A stretch of 63,188 bases of DNA, the filler included, from Octopus bimaculoides (taxonomy: Eukaryota), in assembly GCF_001194135.2 (NCBI RefSeq). It is 3 parts of 3 records of this genome, joined end to end, with 100 filler letters (N's around TTAATTAATTAA, not from the genome) between each part and the next. Parts side by side here need not be neighbours in the genome. Positions count along the whole stretch, not along the records: positions 39,832 to 63,188 come from NC_068986.1; 2 more parts are not named here. One strand, written 5' to 3'. The notes under the pieces were generated by a model. The model saw only the letters and a list, made by a program, of their open reading frames with translations, had not been told where the DNA came from and did not search any database. The first letter of the stretch is position 1. Every line of letters begins with the position of its first letter. The position numbers and the translations under genes are program-made. Of the stretch, positions 50,006 through 61,366 are shown in pieces.

Positions 50006-50437
50006 CTGGTGATGGTTAAAAACAATTAATAGAAAAAGAGAGAAAGGGGTTAGACAGAAAAAAAATGGTACTGACCCCCGAATGGGAAAACAAAAAAAAA
50101 TGTTGTTTACCATGCAGCTTTGCAATAAGTTCCAAGTCAACAAATTATATCATTGTTTTGATGAAAATCGTTCATTGCTTGAAAATGTTGGTCAAGTTTA
50201 ATAAAAATTTAATATGTACTCAATGCATGAAGTGTCACTGTTTGGCTCAAGGCCCAATGAAGAGCCCTCCACAGTAGCTAGCTTAAAAGCCGCCCGATNN
50301 NNNNNNNNNNNNNNNNNNNNNNNNNNNNNNNNNNNNNNNNNNNNNNNNNNNNNNNNNNNNNNNNNNNNNNNNNNNNNNNNNNNNNNNNNNNNNNNNNNNN
50401 NNNNNNNNNNNNNNNNNNNNNNNNNNNNNNNNNNNNN

Positions 50438-50494
<57 letters not shown>

Positions 50495-50502
<8 letters not shown>

Positions 50503-50710
50503 ATGTTTCTCCACCACTACCGTTTGGTTTCTTCACGTTCACGTAACTTAGCGGTTTGGCAAAAGGACCGATAGAATAAGTACCAGGCTTTAAAGTAGAG
50601 CACTGGGATCGATTTGGTTTGACTAAAGCGTTTTAAGCCTCACCTCCAGCATGGCCGCATGCGAATGACTGAAACAAGTTAAAGATAAAAGATGAAAGAT
50701 AAAAGATAAA
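50495..50710 (+). mobile_element. SINE family C tail
   Basis: gtaacttagcggtttggcaaaaggaccgatagaataagtacc...gcatggccgcatgcgaatgactgaaacaag. Confidence 0.8.
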
Positions 50711-51388
50711 AACGGTAGTATCTACTTTCCATTTATAGTAGCAGCGCGGAACTGTCTAAGACCTGTTCCATCATTGCGTTGCATCTTCAATCATTATTTC
50801 ATTCAAGCGAACATGTTACTACTTCAGAGATATACTATATAATAATACAGTTTCTCGTTTTCTATTTTCTTTGTTCTGAACAACACAATGTTTAGTGTCA
50901 CTTTAAACAGACATCTGTGAGCAGATATTGAAAAAACAAAAAGAAAAAAAAAACTTTAGTAAATCGTAGTGTTACTTCAAACAGTCGACGAAAAAAACAT
51001 TTCTGTTTTCTTTTCTCTCCGTGTCTACAATAAAATTGATATGCGTGACTATCACCTGTTGCCACATTTCATTTCTCGGCTCCCGTTTTGTTTTTTCTTT
51101 TATTTTTTTCTCTCTGCTCTTGTCTCTTCACTTAAATTTCTGTAGCATCACAGGAGAAAAAAGATCATCTGCCCGCCGTTTCCATTATATTCTAAATAAT
51201 TCCAATCTGCCGCAAAATACTACAGCAACATGGCAGCATTATGTCTTTTAGGTGCTTACTATTTACTTTTATTGTTATTGTTGTTGTTGTTGTTGAGGAA
51301 GTCTTCGTATTTGTCTTATTTGAATATCAACAATGTATTGACAGAAAAATCTCCTGCAAATGTAGGTTTTTCTCAATTCTTATGTCAT

Positions 51389-51767
51389 GTTGGTACTCCG
51401 TCGCTTACGACGTCGAGGGTTCCAGTTGATCCAATCAACGGAACAGTCTGCTCGTGAAATTAACGTGCAAGTGGCTGAGCACTCTACAGACACGTGTACC
51501 CTTAACGTAGTTCTCGGGAATGTTCAGCGTGACACAGTGTGACAAGGCTGGCCCTTTGAAATACAGGCACAACAGAAACAGGAAGAAAGAGTGAGAGAAA
51601 GCTGTGGTGGAAGAGTACAACAGGGTTCGCCACCATCCCCTGCCGGAGCCTCGTGGAGCTTTAGGTGTTTTCGCTCAATAAACACTCACAACGCCCGGTC
51701 TGGGAATCGAAACTGTGATCCTATGACCGCGAGTCCGCTGCCCTAACCACTAGGCCATTGCGCCTCC
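51389..51767 (-). mobile_element. SINE family B, full length, with 11-bp target-site duplication
   Basis: Reverse complement of the 45137 copy; TCTTATGTCAT at 51378-51388 and 51768-51778. Confidence 0.93.
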
Positions 51768-51904
51768 TCTTATGTCATACACAGACACTTATATACACAT
51801 AGGTTAATTTTAGTTAAACAAGCTGGGATCATATATTTCGAACAGCAGTTCCATTCGATCGATCCTTCGGTTGACCATACACTGTCAACTGCAAGTAGTG
51901 TAAT

Positions 51905-53095
51905 TATCCTCAAAGGAAAATGTATTTGTGTCAGCAAGTGGCCATTACTGATATTGGTTTAGGATCACGAGTGATGTGGACTTTCTCTACCAGACAGAAA
52001 TTGCAGCACACTGACCAGTTTGTAAATACTTGTTCCTTCTTTAATGCGGCCCATTATATTCAGTCGTGTTTCCTATGTGTTTCAATTTACAAATGTGATT
52101 TGAAAATGCTGCAGCGTTTTCTTCAGAAGTGCATAGACAACACTTGAAGTCGAGATCTGATACACCCACGTAAATTTCTGGAATGTTGCTGGTGGAAACA
52201 TCAGTCAGGTAAAAAAAATACCTTTCTCTAAGTATTAATTACGTTGGAGACACACTATATATTTTGGAAATTGCATTTAAGTTCTAGGATAGATTGCAAT
52301 ACTTTGCATTATGGATCTTCATGGTATAAAATATGCTTTTCATATAGTTGTAGTTAAGGTTAATGTTATTTTTGTTGAATTTCTGCTGGAAATCCCGGTC
52401 GTTTGGGGAACGTTTTCCAATTTAAGCAGAAGAAATGTTTTACTGCACTAATTTTTTCCCATCAATATTGCATGTCGAGTTACACCAAAAATATATATTT
52501 CCCTTTTAGAGGAGTTACTAAATGGTATTGCTTATTTATTTCTTGGTAACAGCTACATAATAGTGTCTCGCACAGGTATTCTATACTCATACTTTGAAAA
52601 TGGGTTTGATAGGGAATAATGTATTCATCCTTTCGCAGATACTTATTGGTACAAGCTTGATGACGTGTTAGGTTTCATTGTCTCTGGATGCAGAATGCGG
52701 CGCTATTGGGTTTCCTTAATCATATGATTTCGTGTATGGTGTCAGCATGACATTCGGGAAGTTTATCGTTGTAAGATTTGTTTCATCCGTCACCTTCGAG
52801 ATAATTTTCTTAAATGCTGTAATGATTAATTTCCTTTGGGTGTCAACTGTGCTCCCACTCACTCGCACCATTTTAAATCATGAGCCCGCCATCCTTATAC
52901 AGATCCATATTAATTCCGTTAAAAGAGCTCTCCATTTTGATGTACAGGAACTAGCTTTCCTGCACGATTCGGTCATATCAAAGCTACTCATAGTGACATC
53001 AAAATCGCAAATTCCGTCCCAGTACCCATCCTTGTTAAGAAGAATGGCTTTCTTGTTCACGCACAATGCTCAATGATCTGCTGGTCGCTTCGTGC
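51905..53095 (-). mobile_element. Penelope-like element remnant (RT palm through GIY-YIG C-terminus), a different clade from 37125; possibly Hydra-type
   Basis: KKAILLNKDGYW...FDVTMSSFDMTESC (cf. FDVTMGSxDGAExC), MDLYKDGGLM (cf. GLYRDDGL), KFNKNNINLNY, EIYVGVSDLDFK, FSNHICKLK, CNFCLVEKVHI...TC*HK. Confidence 0.78.
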
Positions 53096-53099
53096 TATA

Positions 53100-53650
53100 T
53101 TAGTGTACTTGATAAAAATAGCTTACTCTGCCACTAATAACTTTTCACAAATAATAGCAAGTATCAAGCAAACAAAAAACAGTTGACAATAACGCAAGTA
53201 ATTACAACTGTAATAATGGAAACACTTGCCCTCTACTAGAAGAATGCCTCATCAAAGAAATAGTTTGTACCACTGTTTATACTAATCCTTTGCCACAAAC
53301 ACATTCCACCCCTCTACCTCTAATTCTGATCAATCTCTTCATAAAATCTTTTCTCTTCCAGTCTCTTAGTCTCCTCCTTTTGATATATTAGTTTAACTGC
53401 AAATTCATTCAAAAATAAATTTAACAACACATATACAGAAATACATGTCTGAATTTATATGAAATTTGAGCAAACATTATCTCACATTTCAAACTATACC
53501 AGAATAAATCTTGCCAACTTTGCACATCTGACTTGAAATATCATGCTTCATACTAAAACTGCTTAATAAACATTCTGAAATAACCCCTTCTGCCGCCACA
53601 GAACGAACAAAAGCACGAAGTACTATAAGCATTTTCAAATAACAAACAGA
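53100..53650 (+). mobile_element. Penelope-like GIY-YIG region fragment, oriented away from the previous element
   Basis: KIAYSATNNFSQII (cf. KISYSC..N...II), NCNNGNTCPLLEECLIKEIV (cf. CNC...CPL.G.CL...IVY), LNKHSEI...CRH. Confidence 0.7.
53295..53390 (-). mobile_element. Short Dong-like sliver inside the PLE endonuclease fragment
   Basis: Minus strand KRLEEKRFYEEIDQN...GGM resembles the WxEKxxHGQFxxEID...W.W segment of Dong ORFs. Confidence 0.4.
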
Positions 53651-53799
53651 TAGCTATTTCTTCTAATACCATTATCGGCATTATAAATGTCAGCCTGCTT
53701 TATTTTCATCCTCGGTCAAGTAATGGTTTTGCACGAATAAGGTAATATGGAGTGGTAGTCGTAGCTAGAGGGCACATACACAGACATCCCAAGACTAAA

Positions 53800-54870
53800 T
53801 AGCTATCCTTTTTAAACCTGTTTTACGTGAAAGGCAACAAAGCAGAAATGGAAGGACTGATTTTCGATGCACAAGATAAATGCCTGACCTCAAACAACTA
53901 TAAAGGCAAAATAATGAAAACGGGCTCCAGGACCAAATGCAGAATGTGCAACCAGCCGATTGAGACAGCTGACCACATCATCTCTGGCTGTTCAGTTTTA
54001 GCAAAAATTGAACTGTTCAGTTTTAGTCAAAACAATACATATACAGATATTACTGAATAAGTAGTTGCATCTACTGCGCAATATGCCAATACTACAATAT
54101 AAAAACCTAACAATAAGTAGTATAAACATGTGCCTAACAAGGTACATGACAACGATCAAGCCATTACCATCGGGGATATACATGTTCAAACTGACAAAGA
54201 AATCAAAGGTAATCTCCCGGACGTAGTAATGAAGGGTTGGGAAGAAACAGCTGCTTACTAATAGACATTGCAGTCCATTCTGACCATTATACTGGTAAAA
54301 AAAAGAAGTGAAGAAGCTGTCAAAGCACAAAGATCCCAAGATGTGGGGCATGACACTAAAACAATACCAATAATAACAAGAGCATTGGGTATGATAAAAA
54401 CGCATGAATGAAAACGTAGAATCCATACCTGGACTCACAACACTACTCACTATCCAAAAACAGCCCGACTAGGAACACCCCACATCCTACGCAAGACATT
54501 ATCAATTCGATAACACAACCCAAAATTAACAATCTACAAATACGAAACACACTCCACACAGAAAATATCTAATAAAATAAACAACCCCCGCAACATGTAC
54601 TCTGCAGGTCGTACACCCAGCAGAGACAACGCAAATCGTATTATGCACACGACACATAATGCAAACACTAATGCAGCAAAAGGCTCAAGCCAAACTCCAT
54701 AACAAAATAAACTGATGCAATACAGCATCAGGAAGAGTCAATACTCCCTCAACACCAACAAAACAAGAACACGCACTACTGCACATACCTTAGCAACATG
54801 GTGGGGTAGCACAAGGTGATGTAGTAGAAATTTGCTCGAGACTATCAAATGTCGAATCATCATAATAATA
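53800..54870 (+). mobile_element. Dong/R4-type element 3' part (CCHC + endonuclease + long 3'UTR)
   Basis: KAEMEGLIFDAQDKCL...KCRMCNQPIETADHIISGCSVLAK; VQTDKEIKGNLPDVV; LGTPHILRKTLSIR*; ends in ATCATAATAATAATAATAAC. Confidence 0.85.
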
Positions 54871-54889
54871 ATAATAACAATAATAATAT

Positions 54890-56280
54890 CTCTGGCAGGG
54901 ATCGAATTACCGAACAGAGACCTGATTAAACAAAATAAACGGAAGGAAACAAATACTTTGGTTTACTAGAGTTCAACGAGATAATGGAACAAGAAATGAA
55001 AGAGCAACTGAGGATGGAATATTTCTGAAGACTGAGGTTGGTGTTGCACTCAAAATTGACTGGAATGAATAAAATCCAAGTAGTTGATATGTGGGCGATA
55101 GCATCACTTCAGTATGGAGCGGGAATTATAAAATGGCAAACGAGAGAAACGAAGAAAATGGACACCAAGACCAGAAAAATGTTGGCAGTGCACGGAGCCT
55201 TTCACCCTAAGAGTGACACCGATAGGATGTATTTGTCCAGAAGTAAGAGTGGTTTGATCAGTTACCAGAAATATATCGAAGCAGAGAAAAGCAACCGAGG
55301 TTGGTATATAAAAAATACCGTGGAGCCACTGTTGAAACACACGAAGAAGGCCGGCGTCATCAACACTGAAAATTGTGTAACTAAAGAAAAATATGAGCAA
55401 GAAATGAAAAAAAAAAGAAAAGAGAAAAGCATCGAAGAAAAAGAACATGTACGGTCAGTTTGCAAGAGATGTCAACACCAATACAGATACAGAGGACCAG
55501 TGGCTATGGATGAGGAAGAATGATCTGAAGATAGAGGCAGAAACACTCATATGCGCAGCTCAAGAACAAGCGTTAAGGACCAACTATATGAAGTGTAGAA
55601 TAGACAGCACTACTGATAGCGACAGGTGCAGAATGTGTGGTGAGAGGGGTGAAACGCTTTGGCACATCGTTAGTGAATGCCCGAAATTGACACAACGCCA
55701 ATACAAAAGACGCTATGAAAATGTCGCAAGAATAATCCATTGGGAGCACGGCCTACAAAGAGCAAAGACGTGGTATGAGAAAACTCCAGAAAGAGTCACC
55801 GAAAATGAGAATTGCAAAATACTGTGAGATGCAATTATCCAGTGCGATCACCTGACCAGACATCGCAAACCAGACATTGTTGTGGTTAGTAAAATACAAA
55901 GAACATATATGATAATCGATATAGCATGCCCCGGTGACAACAGGATCAATGTGAAAGAAGAAGGAAAAATAAATAATCGTCATTTCAAATTATGACGATT
56001 TGAAGTGGGAAATACGAAGATTGTGGTTAATGAAGAGAGTAGACATGATGCAACTAGTAATTGGTGCACTTGAAAGCATCAGCAGTCAACTACTATCATG
56101 GCTGAAAAAGATTGGTGCAAGTGTAAAGGTACAAAACCTATAAAAATCAGCATTGCTTGGAAGTGCAAGAATTCTTCACAGCGTTCTTGAAGCATGACCG
56201 GTAAACAACTGTCACTTAAGTCTGCTGGCTGTGGACAGCTGACACGTTACATCATATCCAGCAAAATAAGCTGAGTTGTC

Positions 56281-56283
<3 letters not shown>
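54890..56283 (+). mobile_element. Dong/R4 element, 5'-truncated, flanked by (TAA)n on both sides
   Basis: GIELPN.DLI, FHPKSDTDRMYLSRSKSG, MYGQFARDV...WLWMRKNDLKIEAETLICAAQEQALRTN, CRMCGERGETLWHIVSECPKL, HRKPDIVVV...IIDIACPGD, ALLGSARILHSVLEA*. Confidence 0.92.
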
Positions 56284-56353
<70 letters not shown>

Positions 56354-56411
56354 GACGACGACGGCGACGACGATGATGATGATGATGATGATGATGATAA
56401 TAATAATAATG

Positions 56412-56467
<56 letters not shown>

Positions 56468-56507
56468 GACGACGACGGCGACGACGACGACGATGATGAT
56501 GATGATG

Positions 56508-56572
<65 letters not shown>

Positions 56573-56605
56573 AAGAAGAAGAAGAAGAAGAAGAAGAAGA
56601 AGAAG
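56281..56605. repeat. Compound trinucleotide array (AAT)/(AAC)/(GAC)/(GAT)/(AAG) with an internal duplicated module
   Basis: aataacgacgacgacggcgacgac...gatgat...aataat occurs at ~56348 and ~56463, then (AAG)n. Confidence 0.95.
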
Positions 56606-56700
56606 AATATCAAGGAAATTGGAATAGAGTGCCCAGTAGAACTGTTACAAAAGGTTTCCCTCCTTGACATGGTCAGAATAATCAGGAAAGTATTAGATAG
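56606..56700 (+). mobile_element. Dong ORF C-terminal stub
   Basis: IKEIGIECPVELLQKVSLLDMVRIIRKVLDS (cf. LQKxALLGTARILRKVL). Confidence 0.75.
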
Positions 56701-58908
56701 CAGAAAAGAACGGATAGCATGGTACCATAGGCTGCAAGCTACTAACAGAAATAAGCTGCTCGATATGACTAGGAAAGTAGATTTTATTATCAGTAGGATA
56801 GATACTAAAATATAGGAGACACAAATGTATTGATATATGCAAGAAGGGAAGTAGTTACTAGAAGATTAGATATTCCACAAGGAAAATTTGAAAAGAACAA
56901 TTGTGGAAAGGGAGACTGCAAAATAAAGTGAAGACTTTAAGACAATATCTGAGTAGAAAAGAAGCCTGGAAACTGAACAAATTAAGAAACACAAGATTTA
57001 AATTGTCTCTTGAGAAAAGATACTTAGCCAAAGAGAAAGGATTTGGAACAGTCATAGAAGAGTTGAAGCAGCGTAGCATAGCAGTACAGGGAAGCTTTCC
57101 AGATATCAGAAAAGAATAGATCAGTATCACTAGAATAGATTATTTGAGACAGACCAGGATTTTATAACAAAATAAATAGGTGAGAAGAAAATACTGAAGA
57201 TGAGATACCTAATGCAGAAAAAGCTAGAAAGTTCTGGAGTAATATTTGGGATACACCAGTAAATCATAACGGAGATGTAGTATGGTTAAAAAATTGAGGG
57301 AAGAAGTAGTGAGTGAGAAGCAGTCAGATCTAAGATTAACTAGTGGATTAATGAGTAAGGTGTTAGAAAAATTGCCGAATTGGAAAAGCCCAGGATCAGA
57401 TTTAGTTCAAGAGTACTGACTAAAGAAATTTAGTAGTTTATATGAGAGGCTGTGGGAACAATTTCAGGATTGCCTGAATGGAGGAATAATACCAAATTGG
57501 GTGGCTAGAGGGAGAACAATACCCCTTATGAAAGATAAAAGCAAGGATAATACAGCTAGCAATTATAGACTAATCACTTGCTTACCATTAGCGTGGAAGC
57601 TGATAACAGGAATGCTTTCAGAAAGCATTTAAAAGCACCTTGACAATCAGAATTCACTGCCAGAAGAACAGAAAGGTTTTCAGGAAAAAGACTAGAAGAA
57701 CTCATGATCTATTATATGTGGACAAATCAGTTCTAAATGAAATAAATACTGGAAGGAAAAATCTAACAATCGCATAGATATATTACAAAAAGGTCTATGA
57801 CATGATCCCACACTCATCAATAAGTAAATGTTTGAGTATTTACAGTATAGCAGACAACATAAGATAATTTATTAGCTTTAGTATGAAGAAATGGAAACTA
57901 GATCTCTATTCAGGTGACACAGTTTTAGGGAAGATTAATATCAAGAGAGGAATTTTACAAGGAGACTCATTATCCCCTTTAATATTTGTCTTATGTTTGA
58001 TCCTCCTCAGTTTAGTATTAAGGAAAGCAAAGGCAGGGTATCAGTTTATAAATATTAAGAGAAAAATTAGCCAGTTGCTCTACACACATGATCTGAAGCT
58101 TTCTGGTAAGAATGAAAAATAGATTCATTAATACTCTTCAGCAAAGGTACAGGTATAGATTTTGGCATAGATAAGTGTGCAATATTAGTCATGAAAACTG
58201 GAAAGGTAGTCAATAATGAAGGCATCCAGTTACTAGATGGCCAGACATTAAAATAATTAAAAGGAGAGAGTTATAAGTTCCTAGTATTAGAATCTGAGTA
58301 CTAACTGTAGAAATGAAAACGAAAATTGAGGAGTATATAAGAAGGGTAAGGAAGCTAATGAAATCAAGGCTAAATGGTTCGAATCTAGTGAAGGCTGTAA
58401 ATACTTGGGCAGGATTTTAACTAAGATACCCAGCAGCTTCTGTCAACTGGACAAAATCTGAATTAGCAAAGCTATACAGAAGACCTAGGAGAGAATTCGA
58501 TATGAATGGAGGAATTCACTCAAGGGCAGGAGTAGCAAGATTATACTTACCTAGAAAGGAAAGCGGAAGACGGCTAATATCAGTAGAAGACTGCGTGTAG
58601 TTAGCTAGAATAGATATTGACTCCTTTAGGTAATAATGAAGAAAGTTTAGTAAAAGCTGCTGGAATCACAGCAAGACATAGGAGAGCCAAAAAAACAAAG
58701 TTAAAATCTAGAAAAAAAGACAAAAGTTATCTGGCTGGCAGGAAAATACTTTGCATGGTAGGTTCCCAGAGTAGTGAGACATGGTTATGGTTACAGAAAG
58801 GAAGGCTGAAAAGGGAGCCAGAAAGTATGTTAGTAGCAGCAGAAGATCAAGCATTAAGGACTAATTAGATAAAAACCAAGATAGACAAAAACCAATCAGA
58901 TTCTCAAC
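56701..58908 (+). mobile_element. Dong/R4 element, N-terminal region + RT, 3'-truncated just before the CCHC motif
   Basis: WKGRLQNKVKTLRQ.LSR...VIEELKQR; KFWSNIWD; NWKSPGSD; NYRLITCLPLAWKL; IKRGILQGDSLSPLIFVL; LLYTHDLKL; LKREPESMLVAAEDQALRTN; cut by a SINE at 58909. Confidence 0.92.
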
Positions 58909-59087
58909 GGAGGGGGCCTGTCGATTAGATCGACCCAAGTACGCAACTGGTACTTATTTTATCGAGCACGAAAGGAGGAAAGGCAAAGTCGACTTCGGCG
59001 GAATTTGAACTCAGAACGTAAAGCCAGACGAAATACAGCTAAGCATTTCGCCCGGTGTGCTAACGTTTCTGCCAGCTCGCCGCCTTA
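58909..59087 (-). mobile_element. SINE family A lacking its 3' tail
   Basis: gtcgattagatcgaccc...gaatttgaactcagaacgtaaag...ctgccagctcgccgcc. Confidence 0.85.
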
Positions 59088-59309
59088 TATATGTGAATTT
59101 CTGTATAAAAGACGATAAGACCGTTATTTAAACAACGATCAAATCACTGCGGTAGTATTTTGACCATATAGCACATGGTATTTGAACTGGTCGTGGATAT
59201 AGTTTTTCGTTCTATCTGTCTGTCTTTTCACCTACATGATGTAGTTTTAAAGTTAGGTTTTGACTGCGGTTTCAACCATTGTGTATATCTTATTTATAAT
59301 TAGATACCT

Positions 59310-59341
<32 letters not shown>

Positions 59342-60049
59342 TATATACATATATAAATAATAATAAGGGTGATAAATTGGATATTAATTTAATTAACACC
59401 AATTTAAAACCAGTGGCCTAGCATAAAGAAAATTCTGAAAATTCAGAAAAATTATAGTACATACATGTGAGAAGGGATGACCAGTAAATGGACATTCTTT
59501 ACGCTAGAAATCGACCATCAACGGTCAAACCGCAAAAGTAAAGTATGCTCTCCAGGGAAATTCAGCGCNNNNNNNNNNNNNNNNNNNNNNNNNNNNNNNN
59601 NNNNNNNNNNNNNNNNNNNNNNNNNNNNNNNNNNNNNNNNNNNNNNNNNNNNNNNNNNNNNNNNNNNNNNNNNNNNNNNNNNNNNNNNNNNNNNNNNNNN
59701 NNNNNNNNNNNNNNNNNNNNNNNNNNNNNNNNNNNNNNNNNNNNNNNNNNNNNNNNNNNNNNNNNNNNNNNNNNNNNNNNNNNNNNNNNNNNNNNNNNNN
59801 NNNNNNNNNNNNNNNNNNNNNNNNNNNNNNNNNNNNNNNNNNNNNNCTCTCTCTGTATCTCTATTTGCCCCCCCCCTCTCTTTATATAAACGTGTGCTTT
59901 CTCTTATGATTTACTCTTGCTGTGCTACAATAGACAATGAAAACTATGAGAAGCCAATCCAGGTCTGAAATAGAATTGACTGCAATCAATAGGTTCTCAG
60001 TTTAGAAAGAAAAGAAAATATGGATGCTGGTGGTGGGGGTTGGGAAATT

Positions 60050-60910
60050 TCTTTTAGTGTTTAGTCCACAGAGAAGTAAGGGGGACGGCGACAGTGGTTG
60101 TGGGAGTCATTGTTGAGCTGGTCGTTAAACAATGGTTGTGGTGGTGGGGATAGTGGCTATGGTTTGCTATAGTGAGGCTGGTTGCGGTAGCGATGATTGT
60201 GTTCAAGGATGATTGTGATAGGCAAGCTGTGATGACTGTGGTTTACAAGGTGGTAGTGAGGGTGGTGATGGTGAGGGTTGTTGTTGGTGTTTGTAGTGGT
60301 GGTGGGAGGGATGATGACTGTTGCGTTGGTATTGGTGGCGCTGGGGATTATCGTGGTAGCGTTGGTGTTTGTGGTTGTGGTTGTAGTGGTGGTGGTGATA
60401 GTAGTTGTAATAATGTTTTTTTCTTTCGTTGGAATGGTTGTTTCAGTGATGGTGGTGCTGCTGTTGTTGATGATGGTGATAGGAATGGTAATCGTGGTAG
60501 CTACATTCTTAGTGGTAGTGATAGTATCTGTTGTAGCGGTAGTGGTATTTGTCATGTTTGTGGTTGTAACGGTAGTAGTTGTGGTGTTGTTGGCATTGGT
60601 GATCGTGATGTCGTTAGCATCATTGTTGGTGTTGCTACTGGTTTTGCTGGTATTGATGTGTTGTTAGTGTTGTTGATGTTGCTGTTCGCGTTAGTATTGG
60701 CTGTGGTGGTGATGATGATGGTCGTCGTAGGGGTATTGGTGGTATTGTCTAGTCCTAAGTCGGTTCAGTTGAGTAAACATGAGTAAACCTATGAGAAACT
60801 GTGATATTCGATAAAATAAGTCATCGATGAAATAGGCCATGATGATTATGATGATGATGATGATCGTCATCATCATCATCACCATCATCACTATCATCAT
60901 CATCATCATG
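60050..60910. repeat. GT-rich degenerate trinucleotide tract followed by (GAT)n(CAT)n
   Basis: Direct reading; source of the poly-V/T/M ORFs. Confidence 0.9.
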
Positions 60911-61151
60911 CTTGAAATATTACGAATCGTAGAGTCAGAAGAGAAATGATTACTTCAGTCTTCTCTCTACGTGCACCCTTCTTATTTTACGTATAAACGC
61001 TTCCTCGTGTCTCATTTGAGTAGATTGATTTCTCAACCCCATACACAATTCTGAGAAGAGGATTTGCCTGGGTAACCGAGTGTCCGCCAATTTTTTGAAC
61101 ATGGCTAAGTAAGCAGAGGTTTCATTTTACCAATATGTTTTAAACGAAAAA

Positions 61152-61366
61152 GAAGGTAAGCTGGCAGAATCGTTAGCGCACAGAGTAAAATACTTAGGGG
61201 CATTTCGTCCGTCTTTACGTCCTGAGTTCAAATACGGACGAGATCTACTTTGTCTTTCATCCTTTCGGAATTCGATAAAATAAGTACGAATTGAAGACTG
61301 GAATCGACGTAACCGACTTACTCCTCTCCCGAAATTGCTGGCCTTGTGCCAAAATTTGAAACCAAA
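61152..61366 (+). mobile_element. SINE family A, full length
   Basis: ggtaagctggcagaatcgttagc...gaaattgctggccttgtgccaaaatttgaaacc. Confidence 0.85.

Noticed and set aside
51080-51250. Strong polypyrimidine tract plus AG acceptor
   Set aside because: No convincing downstream donor or open frame.
51825-51875. GAAC-TGCT-GTTC-GAAA hairpin just downstream of the PLE ORF (minus strand)
   Set aside because: No CTGANGA-like core and no stem I; at most an unrecognisably decayed hammerhead.
56212-56815. Poly-N/D/K and poly-F/L/S ORFs
   Set aside because: Trinucleotide microsatellite; only the C-terminal part is a Dong remnant.
60157-60909. Thr-rich, Val-rich and Met-rich ORFs resembling mucins or membrane proteins
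   Set aside because: Degenerate GT-rich triplet repeat with no splice or domain support.
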